DNA from: Gammaproteobacteria bacterium
GTDB lineage: Bacteria; Pseudomonadota; Gammaproteobacteria; Eutrophobiales; Eutrophobiaceae
NCBI GenBank assembly: GCA_965221695.1
Contig: OZ244905.1
Coordinates: forward strand, 3,072,001-3,136,000
DNA length: 64,000 nucleotides
Direction: 5' to 3'
Below are positions 38,042 through 48,324 of this stretch, one piece after another (positions within the stretch are counted from its first letter, which is position 1; each line of letters opens with the position of its first letter). The notes below the pieces were generated by a model. The model had not been told where the DNA came from, searched no databases, and saw only the letters and a list, made by a program, of their open reading frames with translations. A program made the position numbers and the translations under genes.

Positions 38042-39883
38042 TTATGAACTGCCCTCGATAAACGTCCGCAACTGCTCGGAACGGCTAGGGTGGCGCAGTT
38101 TCCGCAACGCCTTGGCCTCTATCTGGCGGATACGTTCGCGGGTTACATCGAACTGTTTGCCCACCTCTTCCAGCGTGTGATCGGTATTCATCTCAATGCC
38201 GAAACGCATGCGCAACACCTTGGCCTCCCTGGATGTCAACCCGTTCAGCGATTCCCGCATGGTCTGCCGCAAACCCTCGAAACTGGCATATTCGGACGGC
38301 GCCTGGGTGTTCAGGTCTTCGATGAAGTCGCCCAGGTGGGAATCATCATCATCACCTATCGGTGTCTCCATGGAGATGGGTTCCTTCGCGATCTTCAGCA
38401 CCTTGCGTATCTTCTCTTCGGGCATGTCCATTTTTTCCGCCAGTTCCTCGGGCGTGGGCTCCCGGCCCTGCTCTTGCAGAATCTGTCGCGAGATGCGGTT
38501 CAGTTTATTGATGGTCTCGATCATGTGCACCGGAATACGGATGGTCCTGGCCTGATCCGCAATGGAACGGGTAATGGCCTGGCGGATCCACCAGGTTGCA
38601 TACGTGGAAAACTTGTACCCGCGCCGGTATTCGAACTTGTCCACCGCTTTCATGAGGCCGATATTGCCTTCTTGTATCAGGTCGAGAAACAGCAGCCCGC
38701 GATTGGTGTACTTTTTCGCAATGGAAATAACCAAGCGCAGGTTGGCCTCCACCATTTCCTTTTTTGCCTTGCCCATTTTTGCCTCTCCGATGGATATCTT
38801 CTTGTTGACTTCCTTGATTTCAGCAATGGAAAGCAGGTTGTCTTTCAGCGCTTCGACCAGTTTCTGCTGTATTTTGATCACCGCGTCGTTCACTTCCACC
38901 AGAGCTTTTGAATAGGTGGCGCCGGCATTAATCTGCTCCGTGATCCAAGCGGTATTTCTTTCGTTGTCGCGAAAAGAAGCGATAAAGTCTTTGCGGGGCA
39001 TATTTGCGGTCTTGACGCAAAGGCGCATAATCTCGCGTTCCGAACCCCGGATCAGTTCAAGCGCGCTCCGGACATTGGCGGTCAGGGCAGCAATAAATTT
39101 GGGCGCCAGGCGTATCCGTATGAATTTTTCCGTGATGTTGGTCTGAATGGCGGTTGTCTTATCGTGCTCTTTCCCATAACGTTTAATGGATGCCACCAGT
39201 TTCTTGTACAGTTTGTCAAGCTCGGTAATGGCCTTGCGCACTTCTCCCAGATCCACGCTGTCATCCGTGTCGGAATCACTGCCTTCGTCATCATCGCTTT
39301 TCCGGCTTGCTTGTTTCTTGGACTTGGGCGGCAAGCCGCCATCCGGGTACTCATCATGAACATTGAATCCGAGAATGACATCACTCAGTTTCAGTTCCCG
39401 ATTCTGAACACTATGGTATGCGTCCAGCAGCATATCGATGGTTCCGGGGTATAACGACAGCGCATACAGCGCCTGGTTCATGCCGCCTTCAATGCGTTTG
39501 GCAATCTTTATTTCTCCTTGGCGCGTGAGTAGGTCCACCGTGCCCATTTCCCGCATGTACATGCGCACCGGGTCCGTTGTCCTGCCAAATTCGTTTTCAA
39601 CATTGACCAGCGACGCATTTGCATCGTTTGATGAATCAGTATTGTTTGGGATTAATTGATCAAGATCCGGCGGGAATTCATGGACTTCGATTCCCATATC
39701 GGTGATCATGTTGATGATATCTTCTATCTGTTCCGGGTCTACAATCTCCTCCGGCAGGTGTTCAGTCACCTCATGATAAGTGATAAAGCCTTGTTCCTTT
39801 CCCTTTGCAATTAAAAGTTTTAATTGCGATTCATCATCATCGTGGTCCAGTTCGTGTTCTTCAAGCGTTTCAATTTCCGACAT
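38042..39883 (-). CDS. rpoD: RNA polymerase sigma factor RpoD
   Basis: [64 protein letters not shown]. Confidence 0.99.
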   Translation of the reverse strand: MSEIETLEEHELDHDDDESQLKLLIAKGKEQGFITYHEVTEHLPEEIVDPEQIEDIINMITDMGIEVHEFPPDLDQLIPNNTDSSNDANASLVNVENEFGRTTDPVRMYMREMGTVDLLTRQGEIKIAKRIEGGMNQALYALSLYPGTIDMLLDAYHSVQNRELKLSDVILGFNVHDEYPDGGLPPKSKKQASRKSDDDEGSDSDTDDSVDLGEVRKAITELDKLYKKLVASIKRYGKEHDKTTAIQTNITEKFIRIRLAPKFIAALTANVRSALELIRGSEREIMRLCVKTANMPRKDFIASFRDNERNTAWITEQINAGATYSKALVEVNDAVIKIQQKLVEALKDNLLSIAEIKEVNKKISIGEAKMGKAKKEMVEANLRLVISIAKKYTNRGLLFLDLIQEGNIGLMKAVDKFEYRRGYKFSTYATWWIRQAITRSIADQARTIRIPVHMIETINKLNRISRQILQEQGREPTPEELAEKMDMPEEKIRKVLKIAKEPISMETPIGDDDDSHLGDFIEDLNTQAPSEYASFEGLRQTMRESLNGLTSREAKVLRMRFGIEMNTDHTLEEVGKQFDVTRERIRQIEAKALRKLRHPSRSEQLRTFIEGSS

Positions 39884-39906
39884 AAGCGTAAGAATCCGGT
39901 TATTAA

Positions 39907-39934
39907 GGGAAACTCTGACTCAATCAGAGGTTCC
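39907..39934 (+). repeat. 28-bp mini form of the element in the rpoD leader
   Basis: GGGAAACTCTGA-CTCAA-TCAGAGGTTCC flanked by TAA/TTA. Confidence 0.85.
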
Positions 39935-40055
39935 TTAGTAGAAAATTTACCTGCCAAACAAAAAAGTAACGAACCATCTGATTTAATCGCTGATGGGCCC
40001 GTTAAAACCAAAACCTCTATTATAGCATATAAAATTAAACAAGCCCTTAATTTAA

Positions 40056-40207
40056 GGGAAGCTCTGAACAAGTCCATCCTGGACTTGCCAGAGCGCGCAA
40101 AACAAAAATGCGATTTTTGTTTTGCTTACAAATTCAATGACTTATTGTCATTAAATTTGGCGACACATCCCTGTGCCGCAGTAACCTCTGACTTAATCAG
40201 AGGTTCC
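40056..40207 (+). mobile_element. 152-bp five-hairpin MITE-like element, divergent copy C, overlapping the dnaG 3' end
   Basis: Same length and ends as copy A; 23 substitutions by hand alignment; flanked by TAA/TAA. Confidence 0.9.
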
Positions 40208-41959
40208 TAAGGTCTTATTTTTGTCATTTGAGTAATGCCGGCGCAGTTGCGTTTTGGCTTCCTCGGAAAGTTTGCTGGGGGGGGCGCGTGCGATGTCTCG
40301 GATGGACTGTCTGGCTTTGATTGCTTTCAGCTTTTCCACCCGGTCGACAAATTCACGCTCCAGGTCGAAAGTTTCGTCCTCCGGCAGGCTAGGAGCGGAG
40401 GCCAGTTCATTCAGGCGTGTTTCATAGCGGCCGCCGCGCCAGTGTTCCAGTATGCCGGCGCAGGTGATTTCCGGATTTGAGTGAATCAGTGAGACAAGCT
40501 CCCGTACAAAATCGGCGCCGGGGACGGCCAGGTCGGAAAGCTGTTCGGGATCTTCCACCAGCATCGCTAACCCCGGTTTATTCAGGATATACGCGATCAG
40601 GGCGCTGATATCGCCTGTTTTTTCCCGTTGCTGCGCAAGGCGGGGTTTGCCGCCGCGCCGCGCTGCGCCCGAGCGGTAATCCTGCAACAGTTTGAGTAAC
40701 CCGTCCATGTCGATTTGCGCTATCTCAGCAGCTTCTTGGAGCATTAACTGGCGCAGGCCGCTGCCGGGCATTTTGGCAAGGTGGGGCAAGATCATATCCA
40801 GGAATGTCGCTCTGTCTTCTCTTGTGGCAACCCCGGTCCTGGCTTGGATTGAAGCCAGCAGGAAATCGGATAAAGGCGCGGTTCTTTCTTCAGAACAGAA
40901 CTTTTCGGCTCCGTGTTGCCTGATAAAGCTGTCGGGATCGTGTCCCTCAGGCATGAAGTTGAATAAAGCCTGACGGCCCTCGCGTAACTGAGGGATCGCG
41001 ATCTCCAGGGCTCTCCACGCTGCTTTTTTGCCGGCTTCGTCGCCATCGAAACAAAAAATAAGCCGGCTGGTAACGCGGTACAATTTCTCCAGATGGCGCT
41101 CGGTAACAGCAGTCCCAAGGGTGGCTACTGTGTTTTTAATGCCGTGTTGGGCCAGCGCGACGACATCCATATAGCCTTCCACCACATACAGTGATTCCGG
41201 CTGTTTCCTGTTGTCGAGCGCCTGGTACAAGCCGTACAATTCACGACTCTTATGGAACAGGGGTGTTTCCGGGGAATTAAGATATTTTGGCGTATCCTCA
41301 CCTAGCACTCGCCCGCCGAAACCGATTACCCGCCCTCTTTGATCGCGGATCGGGAACATAATGCGGTCGCGAAAGCGGTCGTAATAACCTTCGTTGGAGC
41401 CGCGTGCGATCAGTCCTGCTTCAAGCAGACGAGCCTTAGCCCCGTCGGACCCGCCCAGAGCATTCAAGAGTCGTTGCCATCCCGGCGGAGCATAGCCGAT
41501 CTCATAATCCTCTATGACTGCGCCGCTGATGCCGCGCGCCTTCAGGTAGTCCGCGGCTCTGCCTTTGTCCTCTTGCAACTGCTTTCGGTAGAGCCGCGTG
41601 GCCTGTTGCAGCAACTCATACAACTCGTCGTGCGACCTTGTCGCGGGTAGGTAGCCCGCCTCGCGCGGGATTTCCAGGCTATAGCGCCCGGCAAGTTCTT
41701 CGATGGCCTCGACAAAACCCAGCCTGTTAAACTCCATGACAAAGCCGATTACGGTGCCGCTGGCGCCGCAACCAAAACAGTGGTAGAACTGCTTGTCCTG
41801 GCTTACCGTAAATGAGGGTGTTTTCTCCTCATGAAACGGGCACAGGGCCTGGTGGTTTTTACCGGCCTTGCGCAACGGGACATAGCTGTCTATGACCTCG
41901 ACGATATCGGCCCGGGCGAGTAAGTCATCGATGAAAGCTTGTGGTATTTTGCCCGCCAT
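40193..41959 (-). CDS. dnaG: DNA primase
   Basis: CPFHEEKTPSF..HCFGC zinc finger, KYLNSPET, VEGYMDV, FDGDEAG, DPD. Confidence 0.98.
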   Translation of the reverse strand: MAGKIPQAFIDDLLARADIVEVIDSYVPLRKAGKNHQALCPFHEEKTPSFTVSQDKQFYHCFGCGASGTVIGFVMEFNRLGFVEAIEELAGRYSLEIPREAGYLPATRSHDELYELLQQATRLYRKQLQEDKGRAADYLKARGISGAVIEDYEIGYAPPGWQRLLNALGGSDGAKARLLEAGLIARGSNEGYYDRFRDRIMFPIRDQRGRVIGFGGRVLGEDTPKYLNSPETPLFHKSRELYGLYQALDNRKQPESLYVVEGYMDVVALAQHGIKNTVATLGTAVTERHLEKLYRVTSRLIFCFDGDEAGKKAAWRALEIAIPQLREGRQALFNFMPEGHDPDSFIRQHGAEKFCSEERTAPLSDFLLASIQARTGVATREDRATFLDMILPHLAKMPGSGLRQLMLQEAAEIAQIDMDGLLKLLQDYRSGAARRGGKPRLAQQREKTGDISALIAYILNKPGLAMLVEDPEQLSDLAVPGADFVRELVSLIHSNPEITCAGILEHWRGGRYETRLNELASAPSLPEDETFDLEREFVDRVEKLKAIKARQSIRDIARAPPSKLSEEAKTQLRRHYSNDKNKTLGTSD

Positions 41960-42062
41960 CGTTTTCACCCGAGTTATAACGTGTGAGAAGAGACAGCCCC
42001 ACTGGCGTCGGCCCTTCGGGCGGGATGACGTCAGGATTGTCTGATGGCTGTGCCAGGATATA

Positions 42063-42512
42063 CTACGGACTCAGCCGGGCTTTTACCACCGCGCTGACCT
42101 GGCCCATATCCGCGCGCCCTTGCAATGCAGGCTTCAATTGCCCCATGACCTTGCCCATATCTTTCATGTTGGCGGCGCCGGTAGCTGCAATAATCTCATC
42201 AATCCTGTCATTGATTTCCGCGGCGTCCAAGGGTCGGGGCAGATATCCCTGGATAATATCGAGTTCGAACTGTTCTTTTTCAACCAGGTCCACGCGACCC
42301 GCAGCAGTATATTGTTCGATGGAATCCCGATGCTGTTTTGCCATTTTATTCAGCACAGCGACAACCTGAGCGTCATTGAGGCTGATGCGTTCATCCACCT
42401 CACGTTGTTTCACGGCCGCGGTGACAAGTCTTAATGCGGCCAGGCGCTGCTTTTCCTTGCTGCGCATCGCAGTCTTGACGTCTTCGTTGATCCGGTGTTT
42501 GAGATCGCTCAT
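42063..42512 (-). CDS. yqeY: GatB/YqeY domain protein
   Basis: AMRSKEK..LRL, KQREVD, SIEQY..AGR, YLP, DMGKVMG, GRADMG. Confidence 0.93.
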   Translation of the reverse strand: MSDLKHRINEDVKTAMRSKEKQRLAALRLVTAAVKQREVDERISLNDAQVVAVLNKMAKQHRDSIEQYTAAGRVDLVEKEQFELDIIQGYLPRPLDAAEINDRIDEIIAATGAANMKDMGKVMGQLKPALQGRADMGQVSAVVKARLSP

Positions 42513-42539
42513 GGGAAGGCAGGCAAGCAGGAGTGACGC

Positions 42540-42755
42540 TCAGTACTTTCTGAACTGGCGCGGACCCATTCTCCCCTGGCGTTTCTGGTGGCGTTTTACC
42601 GCTGCGGCAGCTTTTCTTTTTCTCATTTGCGTGGGTTTTTCATAAAATTCACGCCGGTGGACTTCAGCGAGAACTCCGGCTTTTTCACAAGCGCGCTTGA
42701 AGCGGCGCAATGCGAAATCAAACGGCTCGTTTTCTCTTACTTTGACACTAGGCAT
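42540..42755 (-). CDS. rpsU: 30S ribosomal protein S21
   Basis: [28 protein letters not shown]. Confidence 0.98.
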   Translation of the reverse strand: MPSVKVRENEPFDFALRRFKRACEKAGVLAEVHRREFYEKPTQMRKRKAAAAVKRHQKRQGRMGPRQFRKY

Positions 42756-42910
42756 AGAGTAAGTTGATCCTGTTGGTTGTTGGAATACTCCGAATCAAAA
42801 TAACCGGAAAATCCCTTGTTGCAAGGAACCAAACATACTACCAGATACTGCGCAAAATACCAAAGTATTCTTTCGCTTGCGGTAGAATATGGCAAACAGT
42901 GAGTAATTGA

Positions 42911-43921
42911 ATGCGCATCCTTGGAATAGAAACCTCATGTGACGAGACCGGAGTTGCTATCTACGATTCCGACCAGGGTCTATTGGCAAACCAGCTTCAC
43001 AGTCAGGCCCGCCTGCACGACGCTTATGGTGGCGTAGTGCCCGAGTTGGCGTCCCGCGACCATGTCCGGCGTATAACGCCGCTGTTGGCTGCGGCTATGC
43101 AGGAAGCCGGCCTGGATTCGGGAGACATTGATGGGGTTGCTTACACCGCAGGTCCCGGATTGATTGGAGCATTGCTGGTCGGGGCCAGCGTCGGCAGAAG
43201 CCTGGCCTATGCCTGGCGCGTGCCTGCGCTGGCAGTGCATCATATGGAAGCGCATCTGCTGGCAGTGAATCTCGAAGCAGATCGTCCTGACTATCCGTTT
43301 TTAGCGCTGCTGGTCTCAGGAGGGCATACCCAACTATTGGAGGTCAGAGCGGTAGGAGATTACACATTACTAGGAGAATCTCTGGACGACGCGGCGGGCG
43401 AAGCCTTCGACAAAACGGCAAAATTGCTTGGGTTGGGTTACCCGGGCGGTCCGCAAGTGTCGGCGCTGGCCGCGCGCGGGCGCGCCGGCAGGCACACTTT
43501 CCCGCGCCCCATGACCGACAGGCCGGGTCTGGATTTCAGTTTCAGCGGCTTGAAAACAGCCGTGGCGCTGGTTGCCGGAGAACTGGAAGACGGCGATGTA
43601 CAGGCGCGCGCCGATATTGCCCGCGCCTTTGTGGATGCGGTCGTGGATACCCTCACGATAAAATGCAAGCGCGCCATGAACCAGACCGGCATCAACAAGC
43701 TGGTGGCGGCCGGCGGAGTCAGCGCCAACAGCCAACTCAGGGAGAAATTGAAGACAATGGCTGATGAGATGGGCGGACGAATCTACTATCCGCGACCGGA
43801 ATTCTGCACCGACAACGGCGCCATGATCGCTTATACGGGATATGTCAAACTGAGCGCCGGCGCAAGCGAACCACTGGCATTTGCCGCTTATCCACGCTGG
43901 CCGGTATTTTCAGCGCCTTAA
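42911..43921 (+). CDS. tsaD: tRNA threonylcarbamoyladenosine biosynthesis protein TsaD
   Basis: [48 protein letters not shown]. Confidence 0.98.
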   Translation: MRILGIETSCDETGVAIYDSDQGLLANQLHSQARLHDAYGGVVPELASRDHVRRITPLLAAAMQEAGLDSGDIDGVAYTAGPGLIGALLVGASVGRSLAYAWRVPALAVHHMEAHLLAVNLEADRPDYPFLALLVSGGHTQLLEVRAVGDYTLLGESLDDAAGEAFDKTAKLLGLGYPGGPQVSALAARGRAGRHTFPRPMTDRPGLDFSFSGLKTAVALVAGELEDGDVQARADIARAFVDAVVDTLTIKCKRAMNQTGINKLVAAGGVSANSQLREKLKTMADEMGGRIYYPRPEFCTDNGAMIAYTGYVKLSAGASEPLAFAAYPRWPVFSAP

Positions 43922-44503
43922 CCTGATCCTGTTTTCTGTGCCGTTTAACAGTTGTTTTAGGTTGGACCGATGCCGCCAGACCAGCATCACGGACATCAGG
44001 CTTACCCCCGCGAGATAAGGCCAGGGAGTTATCAGCAACCAGCAAAACAGGGGCGTTAGTAGAGCAACGGCGATTGCCGCCAGGGAGGCATACCTGAATA
44101 GCAGCGCGACCAGCAACCAGCCAAGCACGAACGCCGTGCCCAACAGCCAATGGAAGCCAAGCAGGACTCCAATTAACGTTGCCACCCCTTTGCCGCCGCG
44201 AAAACCAAAAAACAGCGGATACAAATGTCCGCTGAATGCGGCCAGACCGGCTGCGACGACGAACACATCGGGCGCCTGGACATAACGCAATATCAGGACG
44301 GGAAGCAGCCCTTTCAACAAATCGCCGCTGAGAGTGAGCAGCGCGGCAGTTTTGCCGTACAGGCGCAGCACGTTGGTGGCGCCGGGGTTGCCGGAGCCTT
44401 GTTCTCTGGGGTCGCCGAGCCCCAGGGTTTTGCAAACTATCACGGCGCTGGCAAGAGAACCTGCCAGGTAGGCAAGGATTACCAGGGCAATGTGAGTGAA
44501 CAT
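43910..44503 (-). CDS. plsY: Glycerol-3-phosphate acyltransferase PlsY
   Basis: [31 protein letters not shown]; start at MFTHIAL. Confidence 0.96.
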   Translation of the reverse strand: MFTHIALVILAYLAGSLASAVIVCKTLGLGDPREQGSGNPGATNVLRLYGKTAALLTLSGDLLKGLLPVLILRYVQAPDVFVVAAGLAAFSGHLYPLFFGFRGGKGVATLIGVLLGFHWLLGTAFVLGWLLVALLFRYASLAAIAVALLTPLFCWLLITPWPYLAGVSLMSVMLVWRHRSNLKQLLNGTENRIRLRR

Positions 44504-44571
44504 GTGTTTAACCCGGATTACAAAACACGATATTCTACTTTGACAACAGGATTCAACCAACCCTCGTTCGT

Positions 44572-45426
44572 TTGGAGCAATTTGCCAGGCACATGACGAT
44601 ATTGTTTTCATGTGCATTGAGTGAAAGAGTACTAGGCGTGCGGGCGCTCCATTGGCTGGGGACAACAATAACGCGGGACATAACCTTATATAGGGAACAG
44701 GCTCCGCAGAATTTGGAATACGACACCAAAGCCCAAATCTATACCCGCTCTAATGCCTACCAACCACTGTTCAACTACACCTCCCAACAGGCGCTAGCGG
44801 CACTGGCACATGGGTTAGGCGATGATTTTCTCACCACTCAGAAGGCACACATTGCACGCGAAACCCCGACGCAACTCAACAGACCACAACTGGATACACT
44901 GGTAGCACTGACTAGAGCCATCCATCAACAAAAGGTTGTAGAAATCGCCTACCGCTCACTGAGCAGTGGTCAAACGACACGGAGAATTGCTCCCTATGTT
45001 CTGGTCGATAACGGCCTGCGCTGGCATGTACGCGCATTTGATTGCAAGCGCTCCCGCTTCACTGATTTCGTCATCAACCGGATATCTGCCCCGAAACTTA
45101 TCGATAACGACCAGATTCATGAGTCAGAAAAAAAAGATAACGACATCCAGTGGAATCGGATCTTCGAACTGGAGATCGTTCCTCACCCAAGACTTAAGTA
45201 TCCGAAAACAATCGAACACGAATACAACATGGCCAACGGCACGCTACATCTCAATGTGCGTGTTTCTGTAGCAGGCTATGTACTGAGAAGGTGGAATGTC
45301 GACTGCTCCGAAGAGCACAGTCTTAATGGCCCGGAGTATCACCTATGGTTAAAAAATCGCCAAGCACTCTATGGTGTAAAAAACCTGGTCATCGCACCAG
45401 GCTACCACCCGGACGAACCGGAATAA
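44572..45426 (+). CDS. WYL-domain transcriptional regulator (BrxR/CapW-like), N-terminal wHTH possibly truncated
   Basis: TRDITLYRE.APQN, IAYRSLSSG..RRIAP..LVDNGLRWHVRAFD..FTDFVINRI, GYVLRRWNVDCS; first ~30 aa do not look family-like. Confidence 0.8.
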   Translation: MEQFARHMTILFSCALSERVLGVRALHWLGTTITRDITLYREQAPQNLEYDTKAQIYTRSNAYQPLFNYTSQQALAALAHGLGDDFLTTQKAHIARETPTQLNRPQLDTLVALTRAIHQQKVVEIAYRSLSSGQTTRRIAPYVLVDNGLRWHVRAFDCKRSRFTDFVINRISAPKLIDNDQIHESEKKDNDIQWNRIFELEIVPHPRLKYPKTIEHEYNMANGTLHLNVRVSVAGYVLRRWNVDCSEEHSLNGPEYHLWLKNRQALYGVKNLVIAPGYHPDEPE

Positions 45427-45514
45427 TCAAAGAAGACCCATGCTCGAATATAATGAGATAATAGATGTCAAATTCGGGAGCTATAGCAAACAAAACAAGG
45501 CAGGATCAAGCTGA

Positions 45515-47095
45515 ATGACTAACAACAAAGAAATCGAGCGCTCGGAACTCCATAGAACCATTTGGCGGATCGCTAACGATCTGCGCGGCAGCGTCGACGG
45601 CTGGGACTTCAAAAGCTATGTCCTGGGCATGCTGTTCTACCGTTTCATCTCCGAGAACCTGGCCGGATACCTCAATGAATCTGAGCGCAAGGCAGGCAAT
45701 CCGGTCTTTGATTACGCGAAAATGACAGACGACGATGCCGAATTTGGCCGCACTGAAACAGTTAAGGAAAAAGGTTTCTACATCCTGCCTTCTGAACTCT
45801 TCAGCAATGTACGGAAACGGGCAAGACACGATGAAAACCTCAATGAAACTCTGAGTCAAATTTTCGCCGCTATCGAAGGTTCAGCGACAGAAACCGAAAG
45901 CGAGGACGATTTCAAAGGGCTATTCGACGATCTCGACGTAAACAGCAGCAAACTCGGCCCCACGGTGACCAAGCGTAACGAGAAGCTCGTTAACCTGCTA
46001 GAAGCCATCGGCGACTTGCCGCTGGGTAATGGCGCGGGTAGTTTTACCGAAAATACTATCGACCTGTTCGGTGATGCCTATGAATTTCTGATGACGATGT
46101 ATGCATCTACTGCTGGGAAATCTGGTGGTGAATTCTTTACACCACAGGAGGTCTCCGAACTGCTTGCTCGTATCACCGTGGTGGGTAAGAGTGAGGTCAA
46201 CAAGGTGTACGACCCAGCCTGTGGTTCAGGCTCGTTGCTGCTGAAGTTCGTCAAGGTGCTTGGGCATGACAAAGTGCGCCAGGGTTTCTTTGGTCAGGAG
46301 ATCAACCTGACTACCTTCAACCTATGCCGCATCAACATGTTTTTGCACGATGTCAATTACGAAAAGTTCGACATCGCCCACGGTGATACGCTCACCGATC
46401 CCACCCATTGGGACGATGAACCATTCGAGGCCATCGTCTCCAATCCTCCATATTCGATCAAGTGGGCAGGCAAGGACAACCCACTGCTTATCAATGACCC
46501 GCGCTACGCTCCAGCAGGCGTGCTCGCGCCCAAGAGCAAGGCCGATCTCGCCTTCACCATGCACATCCTGAGTTGGTTGGCGGTAAACGGTACAGCGGCC
46601 ATTGTCGAATTCCCTGGCGTGCTCTATCGCGGCGGCACAGAAAAGAAAATCCGCCAATATCTGATCGACAATAACTACATCGACACCGTCATCCAACTGC
46701 CGCCCGATCTCTTCTTTGGCACCACCATTGCCACCTGTATTATCGTGCTGAAGAAATCCAAGTTCGATAATGCCACGCTGTTTATTGATGCCTCTGAAGA
46801 ATTTAACCGCGGCGGCAACAAAAACAAGTTGTCAGTCGAACATCAGCAAAAGATTCTTGATGCTTTTACCAAGCGTGAAGATATTGAACATTTTGCCCGG
46901 CTGGTACCGAACGAAGAGATTGGCGAAAACGATTACAACATTTCCATTTCCTCCTATGTGGAACAAAAAGATGGACGAGAAGAGATTGACATCGTGAAGC
47001 TGAATGCCGACATCAAGGAAATCGTCGCAAGGCAAACGGAACTGCGGGCGCAGATTGATGCCATCGTGGCCGATATTGAGGGGGGACAAGCATGA
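45515..47095 (+). CDS. hsdM: Type I restriction-modification methyltransferase subunit
   Basis: [38 protein letters not shown] (motif I), NPPY (motif IV, m6A). Confidence 0.97.
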   Translation: MTNNKEIERSELHRTIWRIANDLRGSVDGWDFKSYVLGMLFYRFISENLAGYLNESERKAGNPVFDYAKMTDDDAEFGRTETVKEKGFYILPSELFSNVRKRARHDENLNETLSQIFAAIEGSATETESEDDFKGLFDDLDVNSSKLGPTVTKRNEKLVNLLEAIGDLPLGNGAGSFTENTIDLFGDAYEFLMTMYASTAGKSGGEFFTPQEVSELLARITVVGKSEVNKVYDPACGSGSLLLKFVKVLGHDKVRQGFFGQEINLTTFNLCRINMFLHDVNYEKFDIAHGDTLTDPTHWDDEPFEAIVSNPPYSIKWAGKDNPLLINDPRYAPAGVLAPKSKADLAFTMHILSWLAVNGTAAIVEFPGVLYRGGTEKKIRQYLIDNNYIDTVIQLPPDLFFGTTIATCIIVLKKSKFDNATLFIDASEEFNRGGNKNKLSVEHQQKILDAFTKREDIEHFARLVPNEEIGENDYNISISSYVEQKDGREEIDIVKLNADIKEIVARQTELRAQIDAIVADIEGGQA

Positions 47096-48324
47096 GTCAG
47101 ATTGATGAATTGATTACCGAGCATTGCCCGGAAGGGGTTAAGTTCGTGCAACTCGGTATATGCGCTGCATATTCAGATACAAAAATTTCTGCCAGCGAAC
47201 TTGATAAAACAAACTTCGTCGGTGTCGACAATCTTCTTCAGAACGCCGCGGGAAAAATAGATGCAATTTATCCACCGAATACAGCTCGGCTTACAGCATA
47301 CAGGGCTGGTGACATTCTTCTTGGTAACATTCGGCCTTATCTGAAAAAAGTCTGGTTTGCTGATAACAATGGTGGATGCAGCGGTGACGTATTAGCAATT
47401 CGTATTTCTCAGGAGTTTCAACAACAGCTATTGCCAAAGTTTTTGTACTACCCTCTCTCTTCTGACCATTTCTTTGCCTACAACATGCAACACGCTAAAG
47501 GCGCGAAGATGCCACGAGGAAGTAAAGACGCCATTCTGAAGTACCTCATTCCCGTTCCGCCCATCGAAGTGCAGAACGAAATTGTGAAAGTGCTTGACAG
47601 CTTCACCAAGTTGGAGGCGGAGTTGGAGGCGGAGTTGGAGGCGGAGTTGGAGGCGCGTCGTCGGCAGTACGCGTACTACCGCTACGCATTACTGAGCTTC
47701 GATGAGCGTATGCGCGGCGCAAGCAAGCAACTAAGGATAGAATGGAAGACCTTGGGTGAGTTATGCAAATCTGTGACGTCCGGTGGGACGCCTTTATCTA
47801 CTCGCACCGATTATTACGGCGGTGATATTCCGTGGTTGCGTACACAGGAAGTCCGATATTTTGACATTCACAGCACTGAAATCTCAATCACAGAAAAAGG
47901 GCTTATAGAGTCAGCAGCAAAGTGGATTCCTGCTAACTGTGTAATCGTCGCTATCTCTGGTGCTACAGCCGGACGGTCTGCAATTAACAAAATTGCGCTA
48001 ACTACAAACCAACACTGCTGCAACTTGGAAATTGACCCAGAACAGGCGAACTACAGATATGTGTTCCACTGGGTGAGCAAGGAATACGAAAAGCTCAAAG
48101 CTCTCGGACAAGGCGCGAGGGCTGATTTAAATTCAGGGATTATAAAGAGTTACCCGATCCCTGTTCCCTCCCTCGAAGAGCAAGCCCGCATCGTCGTCAT
48201 CCTCGACAAGTTTGATGCCCTGGTGAATGAGCTCTCCAGCGGCCTTCCCGCCGAAATTAAGGCCCGTCGCCAACAGTACGAATACTACCGCGACCGGCTG
48301 CTCCATTTCCGGGAGGCCGCATGA
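47092..48324 (+). CDS. hsdS: Type I restriction-modification specificity subunit (type IC-like)
   Basis: Two TRDs separated by the conserved [32 protein letters not shown] helix; ATGA overlaps with hsdM and hsdR. Confidence 0.95.
   Translation: MSQIDELITEHCPEGVKFVQLGICAAYSDTKISASELDKTNFVGVDNLLQNAAGKIDAIYPPNTARLTAYRAGDILLGNIRPYLKKVWFADNNGGCSGDVLAIRISQEFQQQLLPKFLYYPLSSDHFFAYNMQHAKGAKMPRGSKDAILKYLIPVPPIEVQNEIVKVLDSFTKLEAELEAELEAELEARRRQYAYYRYALLSFDERMRGASKQLRIEWKTLGELCKSVTSGGTPLSTRTDYYGGDIPWLRTQEVRYFDIHSTEISITEKGLIESAAKWIPANCVIVAISGATAGRSAINKIALTTNQHCCNLEIDPEQANYRYVFHWVSKEYEKLKALGQGARADLNSGIIKSYPIPVPSLEEQARIVVILDKFDALVNELSSGLPAEIKARRQQYEYYRDRLLHFREAA
47611..47655 (+). repeat. 12-bp tandem repeat (TTGGAGGCGGAG)x3.75 encoding LEAE in hsdS
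   Basis: Perfect tandem copies read directly. Confidence 0.92.
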
